In this document: piece by piece, positions 19,209 to 28,266 of the stretch
Position numbering within the stretch: position 1 is the first letter of the stretch
How the letters are laid out: each line of letters starts with the position of its first letter
DNA from: an uncultured Fibrobacteraceae bacterium
GTDB lineage: Bacteria; Krumholzibacteriota; Krumholzibacteriia; LZORAL124-64-63
Assembly: GCA_964524645.1 (NCBI GenBank)
Contig: CAZGEC010000002.1
Span: 5,005 to 69,004, forward strand
Length of the DNA: 64,000 nt
Direction of reading: 5' to 3'
The notes under the pieces: model-generated
Told to the model about the DNA's origin: nothing
What the model saw: only the letters and a program-made list of their open reading frames with translations
Database searches by the model: none
Made by a program: the position numbers and the translations under genes

Positions 19209-19547
19209 TCAGCAGGAGCAATCGCTCCCGCAACCGCCACCGGCCTTGCCCAGCCTGACCAGGTAGCCCTGCCTCTGCTCCTCGTCCACGTAATCGATCT
19301 CCAGGCCACCGTTTTCCCGGAGCAGCCCGATCGTCTGGGTGTCCAGCAGGAACCGGTATCCTTCCCGCTGGACGATCGTGTCATCCTGTCGCGGCTCGTC
19401 CAGAGCCAGGCCGATGGCCGGCCCACCTCATCCGAAACCCTGCACGAAGATCCGGATGGCATCGCGCGGTGCCTGCGCGGCGAAGTCGAAGTCGCCGAAG
19501 GCCTTCTCGGCGCCGGGCGAAACCTGGATCAGACCCGAGTCTGGCAT
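19209..19547 (-). CDS. HesB/IscA-like A-type Fe-S carrier, selenocysteine-containing (UGA at 19430..19428)
   Basis: Not in the ORF track. Hand translation gives MPDSGLIQVSPGAEKAFGDFDFAAQAPRDAIRIFVQGFG-U-GGPAIGLALDEP...GYRFLLDTQTIGLLRENGGLEIDYVDEE...GKAGGGCGSDCSC. It aligns with E. coli IscA, where the first ligand Cys35 is replaced by the UGA codon, and it ends with the Cys-x-Cys-type C-terminal motif. A 112-codon frame is intact and AGGAAGGTG lies upstream of the ATG. Confidence 0.8.
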
Positions 19548-19611
19548 GAGTCACCTTCCTGTTGCTGCTGCCTCGCCTGCCGGGGCGGGCAGGTCCGAAG
19601 ATCCGGGAACA

Positions 19612-19640
19612 AGTATAGAATATTAAGAACTCTGCGGCAA
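19612..19640 (-). promoter_or_regulatory. sigma-70-like promoter TTGCCG-N17-TATACT for the HesB-like selenoprotein gene
   Basis: Read on the minus strand. It lies ~60 nt upstream of the ATG. Confidence 0.45.
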
Positions 19641-19794
19641 GCCGCTGGTTGTGCCGCGGAGACTGTGTTTCGGGATGACTGGCGGCCATTCTTTGATCTT
19701 GAATCATGTATGCAACATCTTTCGTGAGAACTTCCTGGCCCTGTAGGCATCAGACACATTTTCGACGGCACAAGCTTTGGGTTAAGCTGGCATC

Positions 19795-20262
19795 ATGATC
19801 CTGAGCTCACGCTTGCGGACCTGGCGCGACCGCCTCGTCATCAACCTCTACCCGCCCTTCTTCTTCACCGGCACCCGGTGTGTGCACGTCTCGCCCGACT
19901 ACCGGCACGCCCGCATGGAGCTGCCCCTGACTCTCCTGACGCGCAACCTGAACGGCAGCCAGTTCGGCGGGGCCATCTTCGCCATGACCGATCCCGTCTT
20001 CGCCCTGCTGCTGTTCCGGCTCCTGGGACCGGGTCACGTGATCTGGGCCAAGCGCGCCACCATCGAGTTCCGGCGGCCGGGGCGCAGCCGGCTGCGGGCC
20101 GACTTCCACGTCACCGAGCAGGATCTGACCGCGATCGCCGCCGACCTGACGGCCGCAGGCCGCCACGTGCACGAGTTCCACGTCGAGGTGATGGATCGGG
20201 CCGGCGAGGTGGTGGCGACGGTGGATCAGCAGGTTTACGTGCGGAGGGAGGAGAGGTGCTGA
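19795..20262 (+). CDS. DUF4442 hotdog-fold (YiiD C-terminal-like) thioesterase-family protein
   Basis: Contains NLNGSQFGGAIFAMTDPVFALLLF. Confidence 0.65.
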   Translation: MILSSRLRTWRDRLVINLYPPFFFTGTRCVHVSPDYRHARMELPLTLLTRNLNGSQFGGAIFAMTDPVFALLLFRLLGPGHVIWAKRATIEFRRPGRSRLRADFHVTEQDLTAIAADLTAAGRHVHEFHVEVMDRAGEVVATVDQQVYVRREERC

Positions 20263-20294
20263 TCGACTTCCGCTGAAATGTCTTCCCCGAAGCC

Positions 20295-20329
20295 ATGGCC
20301 CCGGGCGCGGGCCCGGGGCCAGAGGAAGG
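20295..20329. repeat. GC hairpin element ATGGCCCCGGGC-gcgg-GCCCGGGGCCAGAGGAAGG (copy 1), 3' of the C25 peptidase gene
   Basis: 10-bp perfect stem. It is near-identical to the copy at 24373..24407. Confidence 0.5.
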
Positions 20330-20361
20330 CTCGTCCAGCCGTTCCCTGTCGCAGAGACGGC

Positions 20362-23300
20362 CTACTTCACGAGCGTCAACTTGCGGACCCGGCGCTCACC
20401 ACTGGATCTGAGCACTGAGAAGTAGACGCCGGAGGCCACCCGCCGGCCGTGGCTGTCCACTCCGAGCCAGGTGACCTCATGGTGGCCCGGGCCGAGCCGA
20501 TCGCTGACCAGGGTGGCGACCTTCCGTCCCGAGATGTCGTACACCGCCAGCTCGACCTGCCCGGCCTGGGGCAGGTCGAACCCGATGACGGTCCTGGGAT
20601 TGAAGGGATTCGGGGAGTTGCCGCCGAGGGTCAGCTCCGACGGCAGGCTGACGAGGTCCTCGGTCACGCCCGAGAGAATCCCCCGGTCCGCCGTGAGCAG
20701 GAAGTCGTCGACCCCGGCCTCGACCAGCGATCCCGACGCGTCGTCCGAGGCCACGAATCGCACCTGCACCTGATCAGTCAGGGTGATGAAGTCGGTCAGC
20801 TCGAAGGTAAACTGGGTCCACTCGGCCAGGGTCTGCTGGGTGTGTTCCAGGCTGACCCAGTTGACGCCGTCGCTGGTCACGTCGACGGCCCACCAGTCCT
20901 GGTCCGGCGCGCTCCCCCAGGAGTTGGTGTACCAGCGATAGTAACTGATGGTGGCTGAGAGTGCGTCGCTCAGGTCGAACACCGGGGTCAGCAGCGTTGT
21001 CTTGCCGTTGTCCACGTCGTTCTCTCCGGCGGCGCCGCCCAGCGAGCCGTTGCCGGTAACGAAGCACAGCGCGCCCGCGTCCGGCGAGGAGTCGTCCTCC
21101 ATCTGGATCACATGACCGTCGTACTCGGTGCCGATGGGGTCGACCCGCACCCAGATGCCGCTCGTCGCATCATCGCCCGGAGCGCCCACTGTCCAGCCGC
21201 GGTCGGTCTCGAACGCATCGAACCAGCCGCCGACGGGCAGCTCGACGTCCAGATCGGCCAGGAAGCCGTTGGCCGCCGTGATGTTCAGGTCGAGGGTGAG
21301 AGTGGAGGGCGAGGGGCAGTCGGGCAGGATCTCCACATTGAACGACCCGATCCAGCCCTCTCCGGATACCGGCACGGCGGTGCAGCTACCGCTGCTCTGG
21401 TGCACGATCACGTTGGGGTCGGCGCAGGACAGCGTTCCGGTCAACACGTCAGCGGCCGAATGCCCGGTATTGCCGAGGCGCACTTGCAGGTTGACGGTCT
21501 CGCCGCTGTCCGCGCCGCCGTTGCCGTCGCCGATCAGATCGGTGACGAGGATACCCTGCGGTTCCAGGACCGGGGCCTGGGCCACGAGGGTGAAGCTGCC
21601 CTCCCAGCCCTCCTCGCTCCCGTTGATCGACAGGTTGAACATGATGGGGTGGCCATCGGGAACGTCTCCTGCGACCCGGACGGGATAAGGTGAGAGCGAG
21701 GTGCCGGAGCCGCCGGACGGGATGTCCGGGAAGGAGCTGGGCCGGAGATCCACCTGGACGTTTGGATCGCCGGAGCCGAGAACCGCGCTGACGCCCGTGG
21801 CGGTCTCGGTGCCCACGTTCTCCAAGGTGATCTCGATCTGGGCCCTCTCACCTTCGTCCAGTACGCCGTCCATGTCCCCTTCGGCATCGTGCACGACCTG
21901 ATCTGCCACGACCAGGTAGGGTCCGGCAGGGGACACCACGGGCACCGCCCGGCGGTAGCGGTAGTGGTTCTGCTTGGTCACCGTCACCACGAATTCGTCC
22001 CCGGGCGGCAGCGGCGGGATCGTGAAGCCGATCGGAGCACCATGGCTGGTGGCCGCGCCGATCAGTTCGCCGGCGACCGACAGGCCGATCAGGGCATCCT
22101 CATCCGCGGTGACGGTGAAGGAGTTCATCCCGCTCACCAGAACCGGAGCGTGATCGACCGCCAGATCCTCGGGCAATTCCGAGAACACGGTCATGAAGGC
22201 GCCGCCGTGGTGGTGGAAAAGATGGTACGTGTCCGCCTTGTAGCTCGAGTTGTAGGGCCAGCTGGAGGCCTGCAGGTAGTACTTGCCGTAGGCGCTGCCG
22301 AAGGCCGGTTTCACGTCGACCGGACCCGGCACGCCGTAGCCGGGATCAAAATCGGGCCACATGAAGTCGTACATGCCCCAGACGTAGGCGTCGTTCACGA
22401 AGGAGAAGGAGGTCTCCGTGGCGGCGATCAGGCCGAGCGCTCCCTGGGCGTGGCGATGGAACACCTCGGCGAAGCACTCGCCGGCCATGTTGTACATCCC
22501 CGTCAGGCAGTTGACGGAGAAGACGAAGGTCAGCTCGTCGTTGTGCAGGCCCGTCAGGTTGCCGATCTGGTAGGAGGGTTCGCCCCAGCCGGACGTCGCG
22601 CCGTGATCGCGGTGCTGCAGGATGAAGGCGCCCGCGTTCACGTCGTTGTTTATGCGGCTGGCGCTGCCCCCCCAGTCGGTCAGGTACGAGGGAGTGGCGG
22701 GTATGTACCCGAGCCCGCTGGGCCCGAAGTAGTTGACCACGGTGGCGGTGTTCGACGCGGTCGACCACGACGAGCCGGGCGAGCCTTCGTAGATGGCGTA
22801 TTCGCGCACCGGCGTCTTGCCTTGTACGTTGTTGAAGTAGCCGAACAGGACTTCGCTGCAAAGGATGAACCAGCGTTCGGTCTGCCAGCCGCCGGCGATG
22901 ATCGGATGGGCGTAGAAGCCGGGATCGGTGGGCGGTTGCCGCTCGTAGTTCAGCATCTTGCCGATCATTCCCGCCAGCTCCGCCTCGTTGCGGGCGGTGA
23001 TGCGGGCGGGGACCATGTCGGGAAGGCCGTCGCCGTCCACGTCGGCGTACATGTTGTCCGATGCGATGCTGGCCAGGTGGCCCGAGTAGAAGGGCGTGAT
23101 GAGCCCGCTGGAGCCGGTCCCGTAGTCGCCCAGCAGCAGGAACGCCGCCGGCGGGATGTCCCAGGTCTGATAGGCGTTGTTCAGGTAGCCCTCGATGGCG
23201 CTGGTCGTGTTGCCGCCGATCTCGCCGACCGTGGCGATGTCGGTGAGGATTCCCTGCTCGCTACGCCAGAGCTTGAGGGTGTCGGCCCAGGCCACGAACT

Positions 23301-24087
23301 CGGGGGAATCCTGGCAGATGATCAGGTACTCGCAGCCGGTATCCCGCGCACCGGACTGGACCTGGTCGTCGATCTCTGGCAGGGAGGCGTAATTGACCAG
23401 CAGATCCTTCATGATCGGGTCCCACCAGCGGCTGCGCAGGCGGGGCTGGCCGAACTCGCCGCTGCCGCCCTGGAAGCTCACCTCGATCTGCAGGTCGCGA
23501 TAGACGAGCAGCTCCTTGCTGACCGGGTTGTACTGGAACGGCGTGATGCCCAGCAGCACGGTGGCAACACCGCGGATCTGCTGCAGGCCAGACAGGAGGG
23601 CTGGAGCCTCCGGGTAGAAGGCGTCGCGCTGGTAGATCGCATCGTTGATGGGGTAGTCCAGGGGACCGTCCTCGGTTTCCAGGGGCAGGCGGGGCGCCGG
23701 CGCCAGATCGATGTCGCTCAGAGTCTCGGTCCGCATGGCCACGATCCGCAACGAGACCTGGGCCCCGTTGGGTACCGCGATGTACCAGCCCTGGCCGGGC
23801 AGGTTGGGCGCGCCGGCATCGTTGGGCAGCAGCATGCCCGGTACGTTCACCGTCTGCCTGGTCTGGCCGTCGATGTCGATCGTGCCGAGCTGCCAACTGT
23901 CCAGGGAGAAGGCGAGCTCGACCCTGTCGGAGGCTTGCTGCAGCAGGGTCAATCCCGGATCGCCGAAGCCGTCGGTGTAACGGAAGTCGGTCGCCAGCAG
24001 CGGGGTTGCGACCAGCAGGATCAGAAAGCAGGTGATGAAGTTCGTCGCCGGCCTTCGCAAACGAGGAGAATCATGTCGTAGGGCCAT
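20362..24087 (-). CDS. peptidase C25 (gingipain-like cysteine protease) with a T9SS C-terminal sorting domain
   Basis: The gingipain catalytic region has His (RDHGATSGWG) and Cys (VNCLTGMY). The signal peptide is MALRHDSPRLRRPATNFITCFLILLVATPLLA. The C-terminus NPFNPRTVIGFDL...VYDISGRKVATL...SGVYFSV is a T9SS/FlgD-Ig-like CTD. The start is at Met 24087; the track starts at GTG 24120. Confidence 0.8.
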   Translation of the reverse strand: MALRHDSPRLRRPATNFITCFLILLVATPLLATDFRYTDGFGDPGLTLLQQASDRVELAFSLDSWQLGTIDIDGQTRQTVNVPGMLLPNDAGAPNLPGQGWYIAVPNGAQVSLRIVAMRTETLSDIDLAPAPRLPLETEDGPLDYPINDAIYQRDAFYPEAPALLSGLQQIRGVATVLLGITPFQYNPVSKELLVYRDLQIEVSFQGGSGEFGQPRLRSRWWDPIMKDLLVNYASLPEIDDQVQSGARDTGCEYLIICQDSPEFVAWADTLKLWRSEQGILTDIATVGEIGGNTTSAIEGYLNNAYQTWDIPPAAFLLLGDYGTGSSGLITPFYSGHLASIASDNMYADVDGDGLPDMVPARITARNEAELAGMIGKMLNYERQPPTDPGFYAHPIIAGGWQTERWFILCSEVLFGYFNNVQGKTPVREYAIYEGSPGSSWSTASNTATVVNYFGPSGLGYIPATPSYLTDWGGSASRINNDVNAGAFILQHRDHGATSGWGEPSYQIGNLTGLHNDELTFVFSVNCLTGMYNMAGECFAEVFHRHAQGALGLIAATETSFSFVNDAYVWGMYDFMWPDFDPGYGVPGPVDVKPAFGSAYGKYYLQASSWPYNSSYKADTYHLFHHHGGAFMTVFSELPEDLAVDHAPVLVSGMNSFTVTADEDALIGLSVAGELIGAATSHGAPIGFTIPPLPPGDEFVVTVTKQNHYRYRRAVPVVSPAGPYLVVADQVVHDAEGDMDGVLDEGERAQIEITLENVGTETATGVSAVLGSGDPNVQVDLRPSSFPDIPSGGSGTSLSPYPVRVAGDVPDGHPIMFNLSINGSEEGWEGSFTLVAQAPVLEPQGILVTDLIGDGNGGADSGETVNLQVRLGNTGHSAADVLTGTLSCADPNVIVHQSSGSCTAVPVSGEGWIGSFNVEILPDCPSPSTLTLDLNITAANGFLADLDVELPVGGWFDAFETDRGWTVGAPGDDATSGIWVRVDPIGTEYDGHVIQMEDDSSPDAGALCFVTGNGSLGGAAGENDVDNGKTTLLTPVFDLSDALSATISYYRWYTNSWGSAPDQDWWAVDVTSDGVNWVSLEHTQQTLAEWTQFTFELTDFITLTDQVQVRFVASDDASGSLVEAGVDDFLLTADRGILSGVTEDLVSLPSELTLGGNSPNPFNPRTVIGFDLPQAGQVELAVYDISGRKVATLVSDRLGPGHHEVTWLGVDSHGRRVASGVYFSVLRSSGERRVRKLTLVK

Positions 24088-24236
24088 GGAGATCTCCTGG
24101 ATCGGGGGGTGAAGGTGCACCTGGGGTCCAGAAAGCGCTCCCCGATGATGTCCGGCTGCGATGCAGAATCAATGGCCGCACCGTTTGCGGGGATAGTACC
24201 ACGAGGGCCGGGGGTCAGGCAATTCACAAGGCCCTG

Positions 24237-24258
24237 GCCCGGATCATTCATGATCCGG
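24237..24258. promoter_or_regulatory. perfect palindrome CCCGGATCAT-tc-ATGATCCGGG upstream of the C25 peptidase gene
   Basis: It lies ~150 nt upstream of the start, just above a TTGCCT-N18-TACTAT promoter-like match on the minus strand. Confidence 0.3.
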
Positions 24259-24372
24259 GATAAAGGAGAACAACACGCTTGTATCCTGTTGCCAGGAAGC
24301 AGCACCTCGGACCTCAGCGTGCCCGGCCTGGTCCTGCCGATCGTCCGTCGCCGAGGTCGCATCTCCGAAGGA

Positions 24373-24407
24373 ATGGCCCCGGGCCGGAGCCCGGGGCCAG
24401 AGGAAGG
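24373..24407. repeat. GC hairpin element ATGGCCCCGGGC-cgga-GCCCGGGGCCAGAGGAAGG (copy 2), 3' of the second T9SS substrate gene
   Basis: Its stem and 3' flank (CAGAGGAAGG) are the same as copy 1. Confidence 0.5.
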
Positions 24408-24426
24408 TCCGACTAGACGTTCCGTA

Positions 24427-26415
24427 TCACTTCAGGATGGTCACCTTCTGCACCTGCATGACCTCGGTGCCGATGCGCAGCCGGGCGAAGTAGGTGCCGC
24501 TGGAGACACGCTGTCCACTCGTGTCGCTGCCGTCCCAGGTGATGCGGTACTCCTGCGGCGCCAGCCGGCCGTTGACCAGCGTCGAGACGAGCTGGCCGCG
24601 TATGTCGTAGATGTTCAGCTGGGTCAGCTCGTTCCGGTTCACCCGGAAGCGGATCTCCGTCTTCGGGTTGAACGGGTTCGGGTAGACCTGCAAGCCGCCG
24701 CCCGCCGGCTCCACCGGCAGCTGATCCCCGACGCCGGTGAATCCGGTCAGGGTGATGTACTCGTCCGCCAGCGGGATGATGTTGCGGCTGTAGTAGAAGT
24801 CCATGAAACCCTCGACCAGCACCACGTCACCGATGGTCGGATCGTAGGACAGGGTCACGTAGGGATCGACGTGGCAGGAGTCGGCCCGCGCGCCCGTATC
24901 CGAGATCAACCAGGCCAGCAGCACGGTGCCGCCGGTGTCCATGATCCGATCCACGACCTGGGCATAGTACGTCTTGATCCAGACGCTCTCGTAGGCCTCG
25001 CCCAGGTTGCCGTTGCCGTCGTCCAGCGTGTTGTCCGACAGGTCGCGGGTATGCGCCCTGGTCGGCGGGGGCAGGTCGTTCCCGTAGGAGACGAGGTACA
25101 CGGCCGACGGCTTGTGGGGATTCAATTCCGTCAGACCGTAGTACTCGTCGACGACGCCGCCGACCCGGACCCGGTCGCCCCGCAGGACGAAGTTGGCGGC
25201 CGTGCCCTCGTAGACCAGCACGCCGCCCCACTTGTAGGTGCCGGGATCACCCACCCCTGCGCCGTGGATGACGGGATCGTAAGGCAGAGGCTCCTGCAGG
25301 ATGAACTTGCTGTCCGCCTGCACCTGCCCCGTGCCAGCCGTGACGATGGCCTCGATGTTGATGGGCTTGCCAACAAAGGGGCTGCCCTGGTAGACGCTGT
25401 CCGGATGCGCCCACTGCATGGCGTAGATGGACGTGGTGCCGATGGCGAACGACAGGAACACGCCCGGGGCCGCGCCCGGGTTCTTGGTGGTCAGACCGTC
25501 GCCATCCAGCGTCTGGAGGTAGAAGTCCACCTGGCTGTTGGTGTGGGGCGCCGGGATCGTCCCCTCGTAGGTGTCCCCCGAGGTGTTGGTCATGGGTACC
25601 GAGGACCAGGTGCCCGTGCCGCTGCCGTCGCTGTTTCGATAGTACAGCGTGGCGCTGGAGATCGTCATCGAGCCCACCGGATCGAAGATGCTCGCCGAGA
25701 CCGTGACGGGCTCGCTCGCCAGAGGCGCCCAGTTGTCGCAGTCGATGCTCTCGATCACGGGGTAGTTGGTGACGATGTCGCTCTGCTTGCGGGGCTTCAG
25801 CTCGATCAGCCCGTTGTAGACCGTCACGGGCGAGATCACGCGGATCTCGTCGCCGTTGCCCAGGCCGCTCAGGTCGATCCCGGTGTCGCTGTCGACGTAC
25901 ACGATGATCGTGTCACCGGCCCCGTTGTGGAGGTTGAACGGATTGCTGCCGGCCCCGTCCACGAAGCCGGGGACCGACGCGAAGTTGCCGACCTGCTCGT
26001 AGTTGAACGGGTGCACCAGGTCGGCGATCGGCGTGTCGGTGGGGACCGGAACGGTGCCGCCGGGGAGAATGGTGATGGTCGGGGTGGCGAGTTGGATCTC
26101 GCCCTGGAACGTGCTGACCGTTCCCGTGACCTCGACTCGGTCACCGTAGGTCAGCGGCGGCGCGGCCGCCGCGAAGAACTGGATGCCGCCGGTGGCGCCC
26201 AGGATGTAGTGCGTGCCCGTGTTGTAGGTCCCCTTGACCACGTAGATGTCTCCCGTGACCGTCACCACCTGGCCGTTACAGGGGCTGGCCGGGGCGCCGG
26301 TTACGGGATCGTACTGCTGGATCTCGTCGATGGTAGAGCACGGCTGGGCCCAGGCCATACTGGCCAGCAGGGCACCTGCGAGCAACACGAGTGCGCCAAA
26401 AAGATGCTTCCTCAT
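24427..26415 (-). CDS. secreted hypothetical protein with a T9SS C-terminal sorting domain
   Basis: The signal peptide is MRKHLFGALVLLAGALLASMAWAQP, and AAGGAGG lies upstream of the ATG. The CTD is NPFNPKTEIRF...IYDIRGQLVSTL...SGTYFARL. The start was set at 26415; the track ORF extends to 26505. Confidence 0.7.
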   Translation of the reverse strand: MRKHLFGALVLLAGALLASMAWAQPCSTIDEIQQYDPVTGAPASPCNGQVVTVTGDIYVVKGTYNTGTHYILGATGGIQFFAAAAPPLTYGDRVEVTGTVSTFQGEIQLATPTITILPGGTVPVPTDTPIADLVHPFNYEQVGNFASVPGFVDGAGSNPFNLHNGAGDTIIVYVDSDTGIDLSGLGNGDEIRVISPVTVYNGLIELKPRKQSDIVTNYPVIESIDCDNWAPLASEPVTVSASIFDPVGSMTISSATLYYRNSDGSGTGTWSSVPMTNTSGDTYEGTIPAPHTNSQVDFYLQTLDGDGLTTKNPGAAPGVFLSFAIGTTSIYAMQWAHPDSVYQGSPFVGKPINIEAIVTAGTGQVQADSKFILQEPLPYDPVIHGAGVGDPGTYKWGGVLVYEGTAANFVLRGDRVRVGGVVDEYYGLTELNPHKPSAVYLVSYGNDLPPPTRAHTRDLSDNTLDDGNGNLGEAYESVWIKTYYAQVVDRIMDTGGTVLLAWLISDTGARADSCHVDPYVTLSYDPTIGDVVLVEGFMDFYYSRNIIPLADEYITLTGFTGVGDQLPVEPAGGGLQVYPNPFNPKTEIRFRVNRNELTQLNIYDIRGQLVSTLVNGRLAPQEYRITWDGSDTSGQRVSSGTYFARLRIGTEVMQVQKVTILK

Positions 26416-26694
26416 CCTTTCGGCCTCCTTATTGTTGTGGAGAAAGAACTGCGCTTCCGCGAACAGTGTCGTTGTCAAGTGTCGGACAGCGAGTGGAAAG
26501 GACACGTGTTCCGAGACGACAGTCTCCTGGAGAAAGCTCGCGAGCGCCGTGCTCGCGAGACGCTCACCTCCTCCCTTCCGCTAGGACGGTTGAGGACGGA
26601 CGGTTGCTTTCTGGAAGGCATTGTATCACACGAAATCGGTGATTTCCATGAACTTCAGGTAAAAAAGAGGTGATGAACGCTCGCTTATCGCCGG

Positions 26695-28251
26695 TCAGAG
26701 GAGGGAGCGACCCGTCATCTCGGACGGCTGCGGTATCCCCAGCAGCTTCAGGACGGTCGGGGCAATGTCCTGCAGGGCGTGGACGTCGCCGGTGATGGCG
26801 TCCGTCCGGCCCTGCAGGGCCCGGGAGACCGCCACGAAGGGCACGGGATTGAGGGAGTGGGCGGTCAGAGGCTCGCCCTGCGGCCCGATCATCTCGTCGC
26901 AGTTGCCGTGATCGGCGGTCACGAGGAAGGTGCCGCCCCTCTCCACGACGGGGGGGATGATCCCGGCCAGAATCCGGTCGACCGCCTGCACGGCCTGGAT
27001 CGCGGCCTCCAGCTTGCCGGTGTGCCCGACCATGTCGCCGTTGGCGAAGTTGACCACGATGACCGCGTGCTTCCCCTGCTCGGTGGCCTCCCGCACGGTC
27101 CGGGCCACGCCCGGAGCGCTCATCTCCGGCTGCAGGTCGTAGGTGGCGACCTTGGGCGAGGGGATCAGGATGCGTTCCTCGCCGGGGTAGGGCTCCTCCT
27201 GGCCGCCGTTGAAGAAGTACGTCACGTGGGCGTACTTCTCGGTCTCGGCGGTGCGGAGGTTGCGGATGCCGTGTTCGGCGAAGATCTCCGCCAGGCCCTG
27301 GCGGGGCTGCAGGGGATGATAGAGCACCGGTACGTCCAGCTTCTCGTCGTAGGGGGTCATGCAGAGGTAGGCCACGCGGGGCCGCAGGGGACGGGCGAAG
27401 CCGTCGAAATCGTCCACGTTGAAGGCCCAGGTCAGCTCGCGGGCCCGATCGGCCCGGAAGTTCCAGAAGAACACGCCGTCGTCGTCCCGGATCGTCGCCA
27501 CGGGAGCGCCATCCGCGGTCAGCACCGTCGGCAGGACGAACTCGTCGGTGACGTCCCGGGTGTACGAGGCGCGGACGGCCGCCACCGCCTCCTCGGCGGT
27601 CGGCCCCTCGCCTTGCACCAGCGCCCGCCACGCCTTCTCGACGCGGTCCCAGCGCTTGTCCCGGTCCATGGCGTAGTAGCGTCCCGCCACGCTGGCGATC
27701 CGGCCGGCCCCGAGCTCCGCGAGCCTGTCCTGTAGTTCCTGCAGGTAGCCGGCGCCGGCGTGGGGATCGGTGTCCCGGCCGTCCAGGAAGGCGTGCACGA
27801 AGATCTCCGCGATCCCGCCGTCCCGGGCGGCCGCCACGATCCCGTACAGATGGTCGGTGTGGGAATGAACCCCTCCGGGAGAGACGAGGCCGAGCAGGTG
27901 CAGCCGGCCTCCCTCCGCGCGGATGCGCTCCAGGAACCGTCGCCAGGCCGGCAGCCGGGGGAGCTCCCCCTCCGCGAGGCTCCGCGAGATGCGCACCAGC
28001 TCCTGGTCCACGACCCGACCGGCGCCGATGGTCAGGTGCCCGACCTCGCTGTTGCCCATCTGGCCCTCCGGCAGACCCACGTCCAGCCCGGAGCAGCGCA
28101 GGGTCGTGTGCGGGTAGCTCGCGAAGAGCGACTGGTAGTACCGCGGCCGGGCGAGGGCGATGGCGTTGCCGCGCTCGGAACCTGGTCCGGCGCGCCAGCC
28201 GAACCCGTCGAGAATGCAGAGGACGATCTGGGGGTCGGGATTGGCGATCAT
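26695..28251 (-). CDS. gpmI: 2,3-bisphosphoglycerate-independent phosphoglycerate mutase
   Basis: Contains ILDGFGWR, NSEVGHLTIGAGRVV, SPGGVHSH and ADHGNCDEM. Confidence 0.9.
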   Translation of the reverse strand: MIANPDPQIVLCILDGFGWRAGPGSERGNAIALARPRYYQSLFASYPHTTLRCSGLDVGLPEGQMGNSEVGHLTIGAGRVVDQELVRISRSLAEGELPRLPAWRRFLERIRAEGGRLHLLGLVSPGGVHSHTDHLYGIVAAARDGGIAEIFVHAFLDGRDTDPHAGAGYLQELQDRLAELGAGRIASVAGRYYAMDRDKRWDRVEKAWRALVQGEGPTAEEAVAAVRASYTRDVTDEFVLPTVLTADGAPVATIRDDDGVFFWNFRADRARELTWAFNVDDFDGFARPLRPRVAYLCMTPYDEKLDVPVLYHPLQPRQGLAEIFAEHGIRNLRTAETEKYAHVTYFFNGGQEEPYPGEERILIPSPKVATYDLQPEMSAPGVARTVREATEQGKHAVIVVNFANGDMVGHTGKLEAAIQAVQAVDRILAGIIPPVVERGGTFLVTADHGNCDEMIGPQGEPLTAHSLNPVPFVAVSRALQGRTDAITGDVHALQDIAPTVLKLLGIPQPSEMTGRSLL

Positions 28252-28266
28252 GATCGACGCGGCTCC

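Noticed and set aside
19155-19727. 190-aa plus-strand ORF
   Set aside because: Its ATG lies in the loop of the 15-bp terminator hairpin. It runs antisense through the HesB-like selenoprotein gene. It has no SD and a low-complexity translation.
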